A stretch of 64,000 nt of DNA from the NCBI GenBank assembly GCA_964016885.1, contig OZ024740.1, forward strand, positions 374,418,001-374,482,000, in the 5' to 3' direction. Position 1 is the stretch's first letter. Every line of letters begins with the position of its first letter. The stretch comes from Eledone cirrhosa. Taxonomy: Eukaryota. Under the pieces are notes generated by a model. That model ran no database searches. It had not been told where the DNA came from and saw only the letters and a program-made list of their open reading frames with translations. Below, in pieces: positions 38,474 to 51,332 of the stretch. Position numbers and translations under genes: made by a program.

Positions 38474-41400
38474 GATATATTTATTGGCCACCAGGGCTGA
38501 CATCAAGAAGAACATTAAAGACGGCACAGGATGGTACGATGTGGGTTTTGTGCGTGTAAATATTTTTATTGTTTATATAAGAAAAGAAAAAAATAACATA
38601 AAACATATATATATATATAAACAATAAAAATGAAAATTGAAACAATGAAAAATTCCTCAATAGAGGGGAAACCTCCGAGGGTTACTCGTGGCGTAAACCA
38701 CACAAAAGACAACGGCCACCATGACCACCAGGGCAAGCGCCCTCTCAATGTTTCCATCTCTCAAACTACAGACGTATATTCATAGTGGTCCCGTTCACTC
38801 GGACCGTTCTGGCTACATTCACCCACCGTTCAACAAACTTGCTAGAAAGCAGCACTTGCCTCTCCACCATGAATTTCCTCTTCAAGTGAAACTTTAAAAA
38901 GTTAATTTGGGATTCGCCGAAGATGAAAGTGTTTGTCTGTAATCCTTTTAACCTTGTCCACCACACAATCTCTTTCGCCATGGCCACCAGGCAGATGAAA
39001 ACCGCCTGCCCTTCCTCTTCGAAGGAAGACGGCGAGACCATCTGCACAATGGACTCAGGCGATAACTGGATCAGTCCTACACCAGACAGCAACTGTTTGA
39101 CATAGCTCCACAAGTCAGCAATGCTCGGGCACTGAACGAGTGCGTGCACGAAGGTTTCGTCGCTCTGCGCGCATCTCGGACAGGCTCGGCTGACGGCACT
39201 TCGGGGCTTGTAGAGCTTATCTCGAACCGGCAGCGCTCCCCGGTAGCACTGCCAGGCCAGGGATTTTTGGAAGTTATCCATAGGCCCCGGGCTGAAAGTT
39301 CTCTGGAAGAGAGCAAGCAGCTGATCTTCTTCGACGCCCAGGATCTCTCCGAGAACGTCGACGCATCTCCCCTCCAATAGTCCTCTATAGAACGCCGAGG
39401 TGGATGTTCCACCGATACTGGTGCCCAACTGGAAGAGGGCAGTGAGCGCCTGGAGACATTCTAGTTTCCAAGCGCTATCCCTCGGTCTTTTTCTGATCCA
39501 GGACTGCAGCTCCATCAAGGAAACGAGCTGTGGGAAAACGTGCTTGGCGAACGGCGTCCACACCCGTTCACCATCAAGGAAGCACCAGAGATATCGCAGC
39601 CTCAACGCATGTTTGTGCATCATCAGCCATGGCATGCCCAGTTCTCCACGCAACGGGTGTTGGCAGCAGATGGATCGTCTGACCATGAGAGCGCGTCCCT
39701 TCCACAAAAAGCGGAAGAGGAGGCGCTCCATTTTGGTGAGAGTTGGGCTGGAGCAAGGGACGACGGCGAGGCGGTAGCAGATGACGAATGCTATGTACGC
39801 ATTCGCCACTTCCGTCCGGCCTTTTAGGGACAGCTTCCTCTCAGCCCATTTCTGGGTGAGGGAGGCGACCCTGCTCGTCACCTCGTTCCAGTTTTTCTCC
39901 ATCTGGAGGTCCGGTCCGAACCAGACCCCGAGCAATTTAACCCGTCCGTTCCTCCAACGCTCCACGACGCTGTCGGACGGCATGGACTTGCCTCTCCAGG
40001 TGCCGAGCTGCAAGCCCACCGACTTTTCCTGGTTTATGTTTGCTCCTGCCACCGCTGCGTATTCCTTGAGAGCGGTGCCGAGCATCTGGACGTGTCTGGT
40101 GCTCGATACCACCACTGTGACGTCGTCAGCGTAATCCGACTCGGATATCCCGCATCCTAGTTCGCGTGGGACGCCCCTCGTCGTCCCCAGTTTGTGCAGT
40201 AACGGCTCCAGAGTCAATACGTACAAGAGGGACGAGAGGGGACAACCCCTGCGGACTGAGCGCATGATGCTGAACGGCCGCGACAGGTGACCGTTCACCC
40301 TCACAACTCAGCAGACATGGCTGTACATTGCTGCGATACAACCCCTGAAAACCGTCCCGAAACCGTCTGCCTTGAGGACCGCTGCCAGGTACCGATGGTC
40401 TACCCTATCGAATGCTTTCGTTTGATCCAAGTTGATCAGGGCCCCATCCTTGCCATGTTCTTTAACCAGCCTCTCTATGATGTATCGCATGAGGTGGATG
40501 TTGTCGTGTATGGATCTGTCAGGAATGGCGCATGTCTGCGCCTCTCCCACCAGACCCTTGACGACAAGCGCCAACCTCGTAGCTAACACCTCCGCCAAAA
40601 TCATGAACTCTGCGTTTAGCAGGGTTATGGGCCGGAAATTATCCATAACATCCCCCTTGTTCGGGTCTTTTCTCAGCAGCCCAAAAGCTCCCCAGCTCAC
40701 AAAACTGGGAATGCTCCCGTTCTGCTGCCAATTGCAGTAGACGTCTGCCAAGACGTCACCGAACAAGTCTGGCATAATTGCATAAAGCTCGTAGGGAAGA
40801 CCATCTAAACCTTATCCCCTTGTGCAGTTAGCCGTCGCTTCCCGTATTTCACCGGCTGATATTGTCTTTTCGCAACACTGTGCTGCGGTCGTCGAGAGCC
40901 GAGGCAGTCCGTCGATGTATGCACTGAAGTCCATGCCTCGATCCGGGCCGCCGCCGCTCGCGAACAGTTCAGCAAATTGCTGCTGAAAACCTTCACACAT
41001 CCGCTCGGGTTCGAGCATCACACACCCGATTTGGTCAGACAAAGACCGAATTGTGGCTTTGTACCCACGTCGCGCCTCTGCCACCCGGGCCCACTGGACG
41101 GCTTTTGTCCCCTCGTGTTTCAGAGCAGGCGCTCTAGCTCTGGCAACGCAGCCTTCTTTTTTTGCGTTGAAGAATTGGTCGAGTGCCAATCTCTCGCAAG
41201 CACGTCGGTTGCGATGCCTGTCCTAAACGCCTCTTCTAGCTTTCTGACTAGCTCTCCCTCTACTCTATTTTCCTCTATCACTACTCCTTTGCTAAACCTA
41301 ATCGACTCTACTTCAATTGCCCTTTTCAGGGCGAAACACCACCTGTTGTTGACGACCGCTCCCGTCAACGCCCGCTTAACTAATACGCTAACCCGGTCTC

Positions 41401-44400
41401 TGTAGGCTTTGCGCGCCGGGAAAGACGCGTTCAGCTTCCAGTAACCAGGCCCTTGTCTATGAAGTATGTCTATGTTGATCTCACAGATCACAAATTTGTG
41501 GTCTGTGTAGTCGACTATTTTAAATTGTGGACAACTTATCCTAGCCTTATCTAGTTCTCTGCAGAAAACCCTATCGAGACACGATCTGGATGACCCGATG
41601 CGGTTTGTCCATGTCCACATTGGCACATTCGGGTGATCCAGTCGATACCTGTCAGACAGTTCAAAACGTCTGAGCAGGTTGGTGAGCCTATTGCACCCTC
41701 CTCCCCTATCCACTAACCCCAGACGATCCCACCGTGCATCCAAGATACCGTTCCAGTCGCCCACTAACACTAAAGAGCGGGACGTTCGAAGAAAGGTCTC
41801 TAGACGTCTGAAGAAATCTGGCCGTCCTGCCCCTGTTGGGACGTAGACGGCTACTAGCCTGAAAGCATTGCCTTCGCTGCCGGTCACGTCCAGCACCACC
41901 GACTTACCTTCTGGGTCCAGGAAGATGGCCCGTATCGCGAGATCCAAGCCTCTCCGAAAAAGGACGACAACCCCTCCCCCGATCCTGGACGGCTGGGAGA
42001 TGCGTATACATCGTAGCGGCCGAAGATCGGTGAGAAGGCCTGTGCCTCGGAGATTCTGGTTTCACTGATGGCCACCAAATCCATGCTTAGTGGCCTGAGG
42101 TCATTGAGCAAGTGACCCTGCTTCAAAGATGACCTCAGGCAACGTGCATTTATACTGCCTGTGTACAGCCATGTTGGATGAGAAACGGGCCATGTGAGAA
42201 AGGGTCACTTACCTTGTTGGTGTGGTGAAGGGACAGTAGAACCGTCCCTTTCGCTGGTCATGGGTGTTTCCAAGAGGATGTCAGTGTATATCCTCTTTGG
42301 TAACCGACCATCTGAAGTCTCCAACTGCGTTGGGGAATTTTTGTTTTAAAGGTTTTTACTGTTCTATTGAGATTTCGATTATGCTTATGTTTGTCGGGAG
42401 AGTTCTTGGTGTTGGTGGGGTATAGTAGTTTCTTTTCTGTGATATCTGTGTGCTGCTTTATATATTGTATGAGTTCTTTTTTTGCCATGTTTATGGCTGT
42501 GTACTTTTTGGGGGGAGGGGTGATTTTGTTGCTGTTTTCTTCTTGTTGCTGTATGCTGTGTTTGTCTTGTTGTGTTTGCGTTGTTGGTGTTTGTGGTGGT
42601 GATGGTGGTGGGGTTGCTGCAAGTTTCTTTGCTGCCTTTACCCCTCTTTGTATGCCTTCGCTTTTGGAGGGTGAATTTAAGGTTTTTTTTTGTTTTTTGT
42701 TTTTTTGTGGCAGGCTCTTTGCCACTTCACTCCCGCCTCAAACTCCATGTCGGATTCTGTGGCGTCTGGGAGGGGTATGTGCTCCACGGTTGTTGGTGGT
42801 GGTAGTGGAGCCCTCTTCGGCAATGTTGTTGCTGGTGTAGCTACTTTAAATGTAGCTATTGGTGTTGCCGCTACTGACGATGCTGCTTTAGTTATCCGTG
42901 GCCTTCTTACGGGTGCTACGGACGTTGCTCTCCTACTCAGTGGAAGGGGCTTCTTCGTTTGTTGCCTGTCCTGCTCTTGGTAGCAGCGGACCAGGTATTG
43001 GAAAGAAAGGGGCTCTCTTCGCTGTCTTCTGCGGGCAAAGGTCCCTGAGGTTACCCTTCGACCCACAGTGATAACATTTTGGCCGTCTTCCTTCTACACT
43101 TATAGGGGGTTGGAGTCCTTCCTCGATGTATATGATATCGGGGATAGCCTCGATACGTTCCTTGTCAGTTTGTATAAGCATTTGCGTGCCTATACCTGAC
43201 CAGTTCTCTCTCCCTATTTTTTCTACTTTCAGCATGGTCGCCCTGTTCTCAATTCCAGCAAGGACAGACGCGGCCAGCCAAGGTATGGGCACGTCGGGTG
43301 GGACCTGGGTCACTTTGACCCTCACAATTTTCTGCCCGCAGTAGGAGGGCACCAAGACTATCTCCTCACTCTTTAGGGTTTCCAAAGAGTGAGACTTTGC
43401 TTCCTGGGGGTGGCGAAAATTACGTCTAATATGGCGTACTTTCTGCCTCGGGTGATGTGGGTTTTGCGTAGCCAGACGCACCCCAAGGCCTTTTGGATTT
43501 GAGCCTCTGTGGCTCTCTCCACTCGATGTGAGATTTTGCTTACGGTGCGGTAAGTCACCGTCCATAGCTGCTGGTCCTTGAAAAAATCGGGTGGAGGTTT
43601 CAGGGAAACTCTATTTGCGCTTCTTGTCACCATGACCCTTGCGACTGCCATCTCCTCCTCTGTGACTAACACTGTCTCGATATTTCGGGCGACCCTGCAA
43701 AAGAAGTGGTCTCTTTTTCAGCAGGACCACTATTGCTGCCGCTACTGGTCTTACTGGTGGTGCTTAGGTTGCTATTACAGGTATCGGTGTCATTGTTATT
43801 GTTTACGCTGGTACAGTTGTTGGTGTTGTTGTTGTTGTTTTCGTTGATACTGTTGCTGTTGTTACTGTTATTGTGGCTGTTTTTATTATTGTTGTTTTTG
43901 TTGATACTGTTCCTACTATTATTGTTGATGTGGCTGTTGTTATTGTCCTTATTATTGTCGTTCTCGACCTTACCGCTGTTATTTTTGTTATTGTCGTTCT
44001 CGACCTTACCGCTGTTATTTTTATTATTGCCGTTCTCGACTTTACCGCTGTTATTTTTGGTGTTGTTGTTGGTGTTGCTGTTGGTGTTATTGTTGGTGTT
44101 GTTTGTGTTAGGAATATTTGGTAATTTTAAATCTGTAACAATCTTTTTTCCTTTGTAATATTTCCGTTTATATTTACCTCCGCTGGAACGCTGTCTTGTT
44201 GACATACTGATAATGGTTCCCTCTCTCTGTCTTGTCTGACAGCGCTCTCTCTCTTTCTTGTGTATCCATGTTGAAATTAAAAAAATATGTATAGTTTTAC
44301 ACAAATACGAATACGACACCCCGTAAAGGGGTGCCGTATTATTTACTAGTGAACCCCTGTATTAGGTCGGTCACTTCTTCTAAACTTTTCTCAAATTTAA

Positions 44401-44482
44401 AACTTGAATAAAAGGTTTAGAACGGTTGAAAAAGAGGTAAAACGTTGAAAAAAACTGGAGGCGATAAGAACGTGGCTTCACC
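38474..44482 (-). mobile_element. L1/Tx1-clade non-LTR retrotransposon, family Tx1b, full-length, frameshifted
   Basis: ORF1 at about 42205-44269 (Asn-rich N-terminus with three 33-bp repeats at 43955-44060; CYHCGSKGNLRDLC). ORF2 at 38766-42172 (VGDWN, TDHK, KAFDRVDH, YADD, CPRC). The 3' end is AATAAA then (ATT)n, with the microsatellite on both sides. Confidence 0.92.
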
Positions 44483-44491
44483 AACAATAAC

Positions 44492-44559
<68 letters not shown>

Positions 44560-44580
44560 TAATAATAATAATAATAATAA

Positions 44581-47500
44581 TCTGCTAAAAAAGAGGAAGG
44601 CATCAAAATTATAGAATCCCTACTGCTAAAAAAGAGGAAGGCATCAAAATATATAGATAGACTCAAAAGAAAAAAGAAAAAACAAACAACAAAACCAAAG
44701 CAGCACAGCAACAACAGCAAAAAACGAGAAAAACAAACAGAGAAAAACAAAAACAAAAAAAAACCCCCCAAAACGTAAAGAAAATAAGAATGAAGAGAGA
44801 AGCAGGCGGACGGACAGAGAAGAGGGGGGAAAAACTAAAACTAAAAAAACAAAAACTAAGTCAAACATTCGAACACTACATTACAATGAAACTTATGCTT
44901 ATTCATTTTTGGGGCCCTTTCTGCCTGTGTGTTTGTTTGTTTATGTGTGTTCGTATACAGCGTGGTGATAATGCCACACAAGGGCCAAGTGGAATGGCGG
45001 ATCCACAGACGGCTATGTAACCATACATTCGCCAATCCTCGATAAGAGTGTTTAAATATCGAACATAAACAGTTCGAATAACGGTGAAATGGAGACTAGA
45101 ACGTCATGTGACAGACTCTCACCCAACAGGTGCCCCCTGGCTCAGCAGCAGGAACCTGACTGTCAACCAAATACTGCTGATGTTGGAGGAAGGAGAAGAA
45201 GGAAAGGGGCCAGAACCAACTGGACGAAAGAATTGAATAGAACTGTTATGCAATGTTACCTGAAAAGTAACCACAAGGAGAGGGGCTACAGGAGACGGAT
45301 GCATAACATCTGGAACGAGATTGGTTTATTTAAATTAGATGAACAAACATTGGCCGGGCAGGCTCGGGTAATAAGAACTAATGGGTGGATAAGCGAGCTG
45401 GAACTGGAGGAACTGAGCAGAGAGAATGGCTTGGAGATGGCGGGTGTAGTATGCCAGACAAGCGAGCCAGTGGGAAATGAAGGTGAAGAGGTCCTGAGAA
45501 CGGAGGAACCACCCGAAGCAGACAATGAACTGAATACTGAGATAAATAATACCTGGAACAGAGATACGGCCACTGAGGAGATGAATGCTGACGGGCTAGG
45601 ACAAGATTCGGTTGACATCCTAAATTTAGTGGTAGATGAATTGAACAATGATAGTGGGAGACCTATGAACCTAAGATTTGTAAACAGGAAAAAGTTAATA
45701 GAAACAACAGCTAAGGTAAACAAAGTCATCCCATACCTTGAGGCGAGGAGCCTTCACCAGTGCAACAATATCCTCAAAGCAACAGCAAATACGGTGAGGA
45801 AACTACTTGGTATAAAAGCGAGAGGAAACAACAGACAAGAAAGAGCAGAGCCATGGTGGAATAAGCGACTGAGTGGGCAAATCGGGGAAATGAGAAATGA
45901 CATAGGAAAGCTTGAGTCACTACTGAATGGGACAATAAAAACATAGGCACTAAAAATAGACTGGAAATAAAATACAAAACTAGGAGGAAAAAGCTAAATA
46001 TTATCATAGAGGAACTGAAGCAACGCATTGTAGCAAAGAGTGCAAAAATCAGGCGATACGAGAACAGAGTCAGTCAGTATAAACAGAACCGCATGTTCGA
46101 CAACAACCAGAAGATGCTGTTTGGACAGCTTGAGGGGAAAGAAAGAGGCAACGACTTGATCCCTGGGGCGGAGCAAACCAAAACATTCTGGAGAGGAATA
46201 TGGGAGCAGGATGTTAGACATAATTTCCAGGCAGGGTGGATTGAGACAGTACAGAGGGAGATCGGTGAGCAGGCACAACAACAGACTGATTTGAGTATCA
46301 CAGTTGAAACTCTTAAGGGGCAGGCCAAAAAACTAACCAACTGGAAATCACCAGGCCCAGATGGTGTGCAGGGGTATTGGATTAAACATTTAACATCCCT
46401 CCACCCGAAGCTGACGGCCATGTTCAATGACTGCTTGGTGTCGGGTGAGGTGCCAGAGTGGTTGACAAAAGGTACCACAGTTCTGATAATGAAAGACCGA
46501 ATCAAGGGTAATGATGTTACCAACTATAGACCTATCACATGTCTGTCCGTAATGTGGAAACTGTTGACGAGCATTGTGTCTAAGGAAATCTACCATCACC
46601 TCCACACAAACAACTTGTTACCGGACGAACAGAAAGGATGCCGAAAGAAGTCACGTGGTACAAAGGACCAGTTACTTATTGATAAGATGGTAATGGGGAA
46701 TTGCAGGAGGAGACACACTGATCTTGCCATGGGATGGATAGACTACAGAAAGGCATTTGACATGGTGCCTTATTCTTGGATCACCAAAAGCCTGGAGATC
46801 TTCAGGGTGGCAGATAACATCAGACAGTTGCTGGGCAGGAGTATGGGGTCCTGGGAGACAGAGTTGACATCAACTGGAGTATCCTTGGGAAGCGTGAAGA
46901 TCAAGAGAGGTATCTTCCAGGGAGATAGCCTGTCCCCTCTGTTGTTTGTCCTTGCCCTGATGCCATTGACCATCATGCTGCGAAAAGTGAGAGCAGGATA
47001 CAAGTTGGGAAGGGGAGAGCTTACCATCAATCACCTCCTCTTCATGGACGATCTTAAGCTCTTCGGGAAAAGTGAGAAGGAGTTGGATGTGCTTGTTGAC
47101 ACTGTCCGTATTTTCAGCAGTGATATATGTATGCAGTTTGGTATTGGTAAATGTGGAGTCATTGTGATGAGGAGGGGTAGGTTGAGCAGAAGTAACGGGA
47201 TCCAGATACCAACAGGTGAGATGATAAAGGAAATTGACTCTGGGGAAGGATACAAGTATTTGGGCGTTCTGGAGGCTGATGGCATAAAGAACAAAAAAAT
47301 GAAGGAATTGTTAAGAACTGAATACATTCGGAGAGTAAGGAGCGTATTGAAGTCACATCTGAACAGCAGAAATGCCATAAGCGCAGTAAATTCCCGAGCT
47401 GTGTCTATTATTAGGTACAGTGCGGGAATTCTGAGATGGAATGTTGCTGAACAAAAAGAAATGGATAGGAAGACTAGGAAGCTATTGACTATCTACAACA

Positions 47501-48553
47501 TGTTCCACAAGCGGAGTGATGTCGATAGACTCTACCTAAGGAGATCTGAGGGTGGAAGAGGTCTTATCAGCATAGAGGACTGTGTTCAGATGGAGAAAAA
47601 CAACCTATACAAATACGTGACCTATAGTAAGGAGCCAATGCTCAGAGCTGTACTGAAGGAGGGGACAGTAGGCCAGGGGATGTCCAAGGAGGAAATAACA
47701 TCAAGGAGGAAGAGCAGCCTTAAGGGAAAATCCCTTCATAGTACCTTCTTTGAGAAAACTGAATTTAGAGATCCACAGACATGGAACTGGTTGAGAAGAG
47801 GAGACCTCAAAAAGGCTACAGAAGGAATGCTGATGGCTGCGCATGAGCAGGCCCTCAAAACGAAGTGGTTGAAGCACCATATTTACAAGGAGGAGGCTAG
47901 CCCACTGTGCAAGATCTGTGGAGAGAGAGAGGAGACTGTGGCTCACATTGTGTCCGAGTATAAACACCTAGCCCAGACACACTATAAGGGCTGGAGACAC
48001 GATGTGATGGGCAGGGTGATCCACTGGCACCTGTGCAAAGTAAACAATTTACCACATTCTGAGAAATGGTATGAGCATAGGCCAGAGGCGGTGATGGAGA
48101 ACAATCAGGTGAAGGTGCTGTGGGATTTTGGGATACAGACGGACAAAAAACTGGAACACAATAGACCTGACCTGTTGGTTGTGGACAAAGAAAAAAGATC
48201 GTGTCTGATTGTGGATGTGGCCTGCCCGTTCGACACGAGAGTGCAAGAGAAGGAGAGGGAGAAAATGAACCACTACCAGGACCTAAAGTGGGAGGTGAAA
48301 AGGATTTGGCACTGCCATGAAGTCAAAGTGATCCCCATTGTCATAGGCGCACTGGGGACTATCTCCAAAAGTTTCCAGGGATGGTTAAAGAAAATCGGCC
48401 CCTTCACGCTTTTTGGAACGCTTCAAAAGGCATGCTTGCTTGGAACAGCAAGAACCCTCCGATACGTCATGAATATCTGAGGCTGCAGGTAATGGCTTGA
48501 TATTCAATCCAACGGACTTTCCAGTTAACCAACATCAATGACTGAGATTCAAG

Positions 48554-48554
<1 letters not shown>
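44581..48554 (+). mobile_element. Family A (A1 subfamily) copy, truncated within the leader, young
   Basis: Near-identical to 21940-25875 and flanked by (TAA)n. Confidence 0.95.
45089..48480 (+). pseudogene. Family A polyprotein with one 1-nt deletion near 45935-45941
   Basis: ORFs 45089-45946 and 46093-48480. The sequence reads gacaataaaaacatagg versus gacactaaaaaacatagg in the 22-kb copy. Confidence 0.92.
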
Positions 48555-48583
<29 letters not shown>

Positions 48584-48585
<2 letters not shown>

Positions 48586-49468
48586 GGCCAGGGGATGTCC
48601 AAGGAGGAAATAACAACAAGGAGAACGAGCAACCTTCATGAAAAATCCCTTCATAGTACCTTCTTTGAGAAAACGGAATTCAGAGATCCACAGACATGGA
48701 ACTGGTTTAGAAGACGAGACATTAAAAAGGCTACAGAATGAATGCTAATGGCTGCGCAAGAGCGGGCCCTCAAAACGAAGTGGCTGAAACACCATATTTA
48801 CATGGAGGAGGCTAGCCCACTCTGCAGGATCTGTGGAGAGAGAGAGGACACTGTGGCTCACATTGTATCCGAGTGTAAACACCTAGCCTAGACTCACTAT
48901 AAAGGCTGGAGACATGATGTGATGGGCAGGGTGAACCACTGGCACCTATGCAAAGTAAACAAGTTACCACATTCTGAGAAGTAGTATGAGCATAAGTCAG
49001 AGTCGGTGATTGAAAACGATCAGGTGAAGGTGCTATGGGATTTTAGGATACAGACGGACAAGAAACTGGAACACAATAGACCTGACCTGGTGGTTTTGAA
49101 CAAGGAAAAAAGATCGTGCCTGATTGAGGATGTGGCCTGCCCATTCGACACGAGAGTGCAAGAGAAGGAGAGGGAGAAAATTAACCGATACCAGGACTTA
49201 AAGTGGGAGGTAAAAAGGATTTGGAACTGCCATGAAGTCAAAGTGGTCCCGATTGTCATAGGCACACTAGGTACTATCTCAAAAAGTCTCGCCGGATGGT
49301 TAAAGAAAATTGGCCCGCCCCGCTTTTTGTAACACTTCAAAAGGCATGCTTTCTTGGAACAGCAAGAACCCTCCGATACGTCCTGAATATATGAGGCTGC
49401 AGGCAGTGGCTTGATATTAATTTCAACAAACTTTCCAGTTAACTAACATCAATGACTGAGACTCAAAG
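48584..49468 (+). mobile_element. Family A 5'-truncated decayed copy (about 885 bp; CCHC-RLE region)
   Basis: Starts at GQGMSKEE directly after (TAA)n, contains internal stops, and ends with the A 3' UTR and TAA tail. Confidence 0.92.
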
Positions 49469-49500
49469 AACAATAATAATAATATTAATAATAATTATTA

Positions 49501-49787
49501 TTTCTGTATTAACCACAAGGGTTTACACCTAGTAAGACATTATAGACAGTACAGGACAATACATGACAATACAGGACGGTATAAATAGGCATTTCTGCGT
49601 GTAAAAAAAACAAAATCAGAGGATGTAATAAAAAAGGAACAATGAAAAATTCCCCAATAGTGTTAAGACTTCCGAGGGCCATCGTGGAGAAAGCCCATTA
49701 AAAAAAGCCACAGTGACCCTGACCACCAGGCCAAGTGTTCTCTCCCAGTTTTCCACTTTTAATTTACAGGCACATACTCAGAGTAGG
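49501..49787 (-). mobile_element. Tx1a-like 3'-terminal fragment (about 285 bp)
   Basis: Matches 25917-26190 (attaaccacaagggtttaca...acaggacaataca...ccctgaccaccagg) and has TAA-rich flanks. Confidence 0.88.
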
Positions 49788-50739
49788 AAAATAATAATTG
49801 TAATAAAAGTAACAACAACAACAACAAAAACAAAATTAGTTATAAGAAGTAAACACTTATCCATTAAGATGCTACATATTTATTAACGACAGACAAACGT
49901 ATTCAAAAGTAGAAGTTGAAGAACACCGACCTCTTCAAAGAAGATTATGAGGTTAGGGTGCATTTTATAAAGTATGGTTCTATAGAAACCTGTCTGTTAT
50001 GATGTTCACAGTGATGTATTCTTTAGTCTTATAAAATCGTTCACACAATGTCTTATCTAATATATCTCTCTATGTCAGAATCTATTGGCTTCTAGAACGT
50101 TTGTCTTACAGTGTGTAAGACATTTGAAAGAAAATGTATGATCAATGTAAAACATGAAAGTAAATACAACTGACATTTTGGTCTCGCAATAACGAAAGTG
50201 GGGAAAGAAGAGGTAGAGTGTAAGAAGGGGACAGAGAAAGGGACATAGTGCGAGACAATATGTTAAAAGAAAACAACCAAAAATATATATTCAAAACAAC
50301 AACAACGCAGTGTTCAAGACCTAAAATCAATTGACATGCAGTGAAGTGGGATGTCTAAGAACATACATTGGTACTGTAGATTGATGAGCTAAGAATGAAA
50401 ATAAATTTATATTTGCGATTACATGCTGTTCTCATAATACAATTTTTCAGACACACCTAACCATTTACATATGTATGTTTTTATGGTTTTACAATTTTAT
50501 AAAATTTTCCCAATAGAGAGTGACTCCGTTTCTAACATAGATAAAATACTCTCTCATTCACACACCATTACCTCGGTAGATATATATATACATGTATGCA
50601 TGCATGCATGTGTTTCCAGGTATGGATGTTATTATATGTGTGGATGTATATGTTTTGATTTATATGTGTGCATCTCTATATACTTTGTATCTGTACATGC
50701 GCACATGCAGTTATTAGATGCAACATTTTCGGAATGTTT

Positions 50740-51175
50740 TACATATTTTTACTGTTGGATTTTACATTTACTTTCCTAACTAGTCGTGTTCTTTCTGTTT
50801 CTGTGAAACCTAGCTTCTCAAGATTTGTACTGAAGCAGTTACTAATATATCCCAGTGACCCAATATTCACAGGTATAAATGATGTCATCATTGGACAGCT
50901 TCTTATGATATGGGTGACATCTTCAATTTTAATTCAAGCATTTTTTTCACAACTAGGTGTTTTGCCCATATCTATTTTGTGAATCAGGTATTTTGTTTTG
51001 ATTTCATGTTCTTGGAATGCAAAAGCCTATCCTTCAAAGTGGGAGCCAATATAGCGGATGTTGGTCCAAGATAGACTACTTTGCTTATCTATATTGCCCT
51101 CATTCAGGAGCCTCCTGGCAACATATCTACGCTTGATTCTATGCTGATAACATGCAGCTTTTCATCCATGGTTTC
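50740..51175 (-). mobile_element. Old relic of a third RLE-type non-LTR element (C-terminal region, internally deleted)
   Basis: A minus frame reads IEDVTHIIRSCPMM..FIPVNIGSLGYISNCFSTNLEKLGF, resembling the ExxxHIxSxC and PIVIGALG motifs of RLE elements. Confidence 0.6.
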
Positions 51176-51278
51176 GCTGTATTTATGTATGTATGTATAT
51201 GTATATATTGTATATACATACACACGCACACAAAACATACGCACACACACACACACACACACACACCAACACACACAA

Positions 51279-51330
<52 letters not shown>

Positions 51331-51332
<2 letters not shown>

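Noticed and set aside
43955-44060. CRISPR-like 33-bp repeats, or a prokaryotic RT system (retron, DGR, group II intron)
   Set aside because: The repeats are contiguous and coding with no spacers, the RTs have non-LTR RLE/APE architecture, and the context is eukaryotic.
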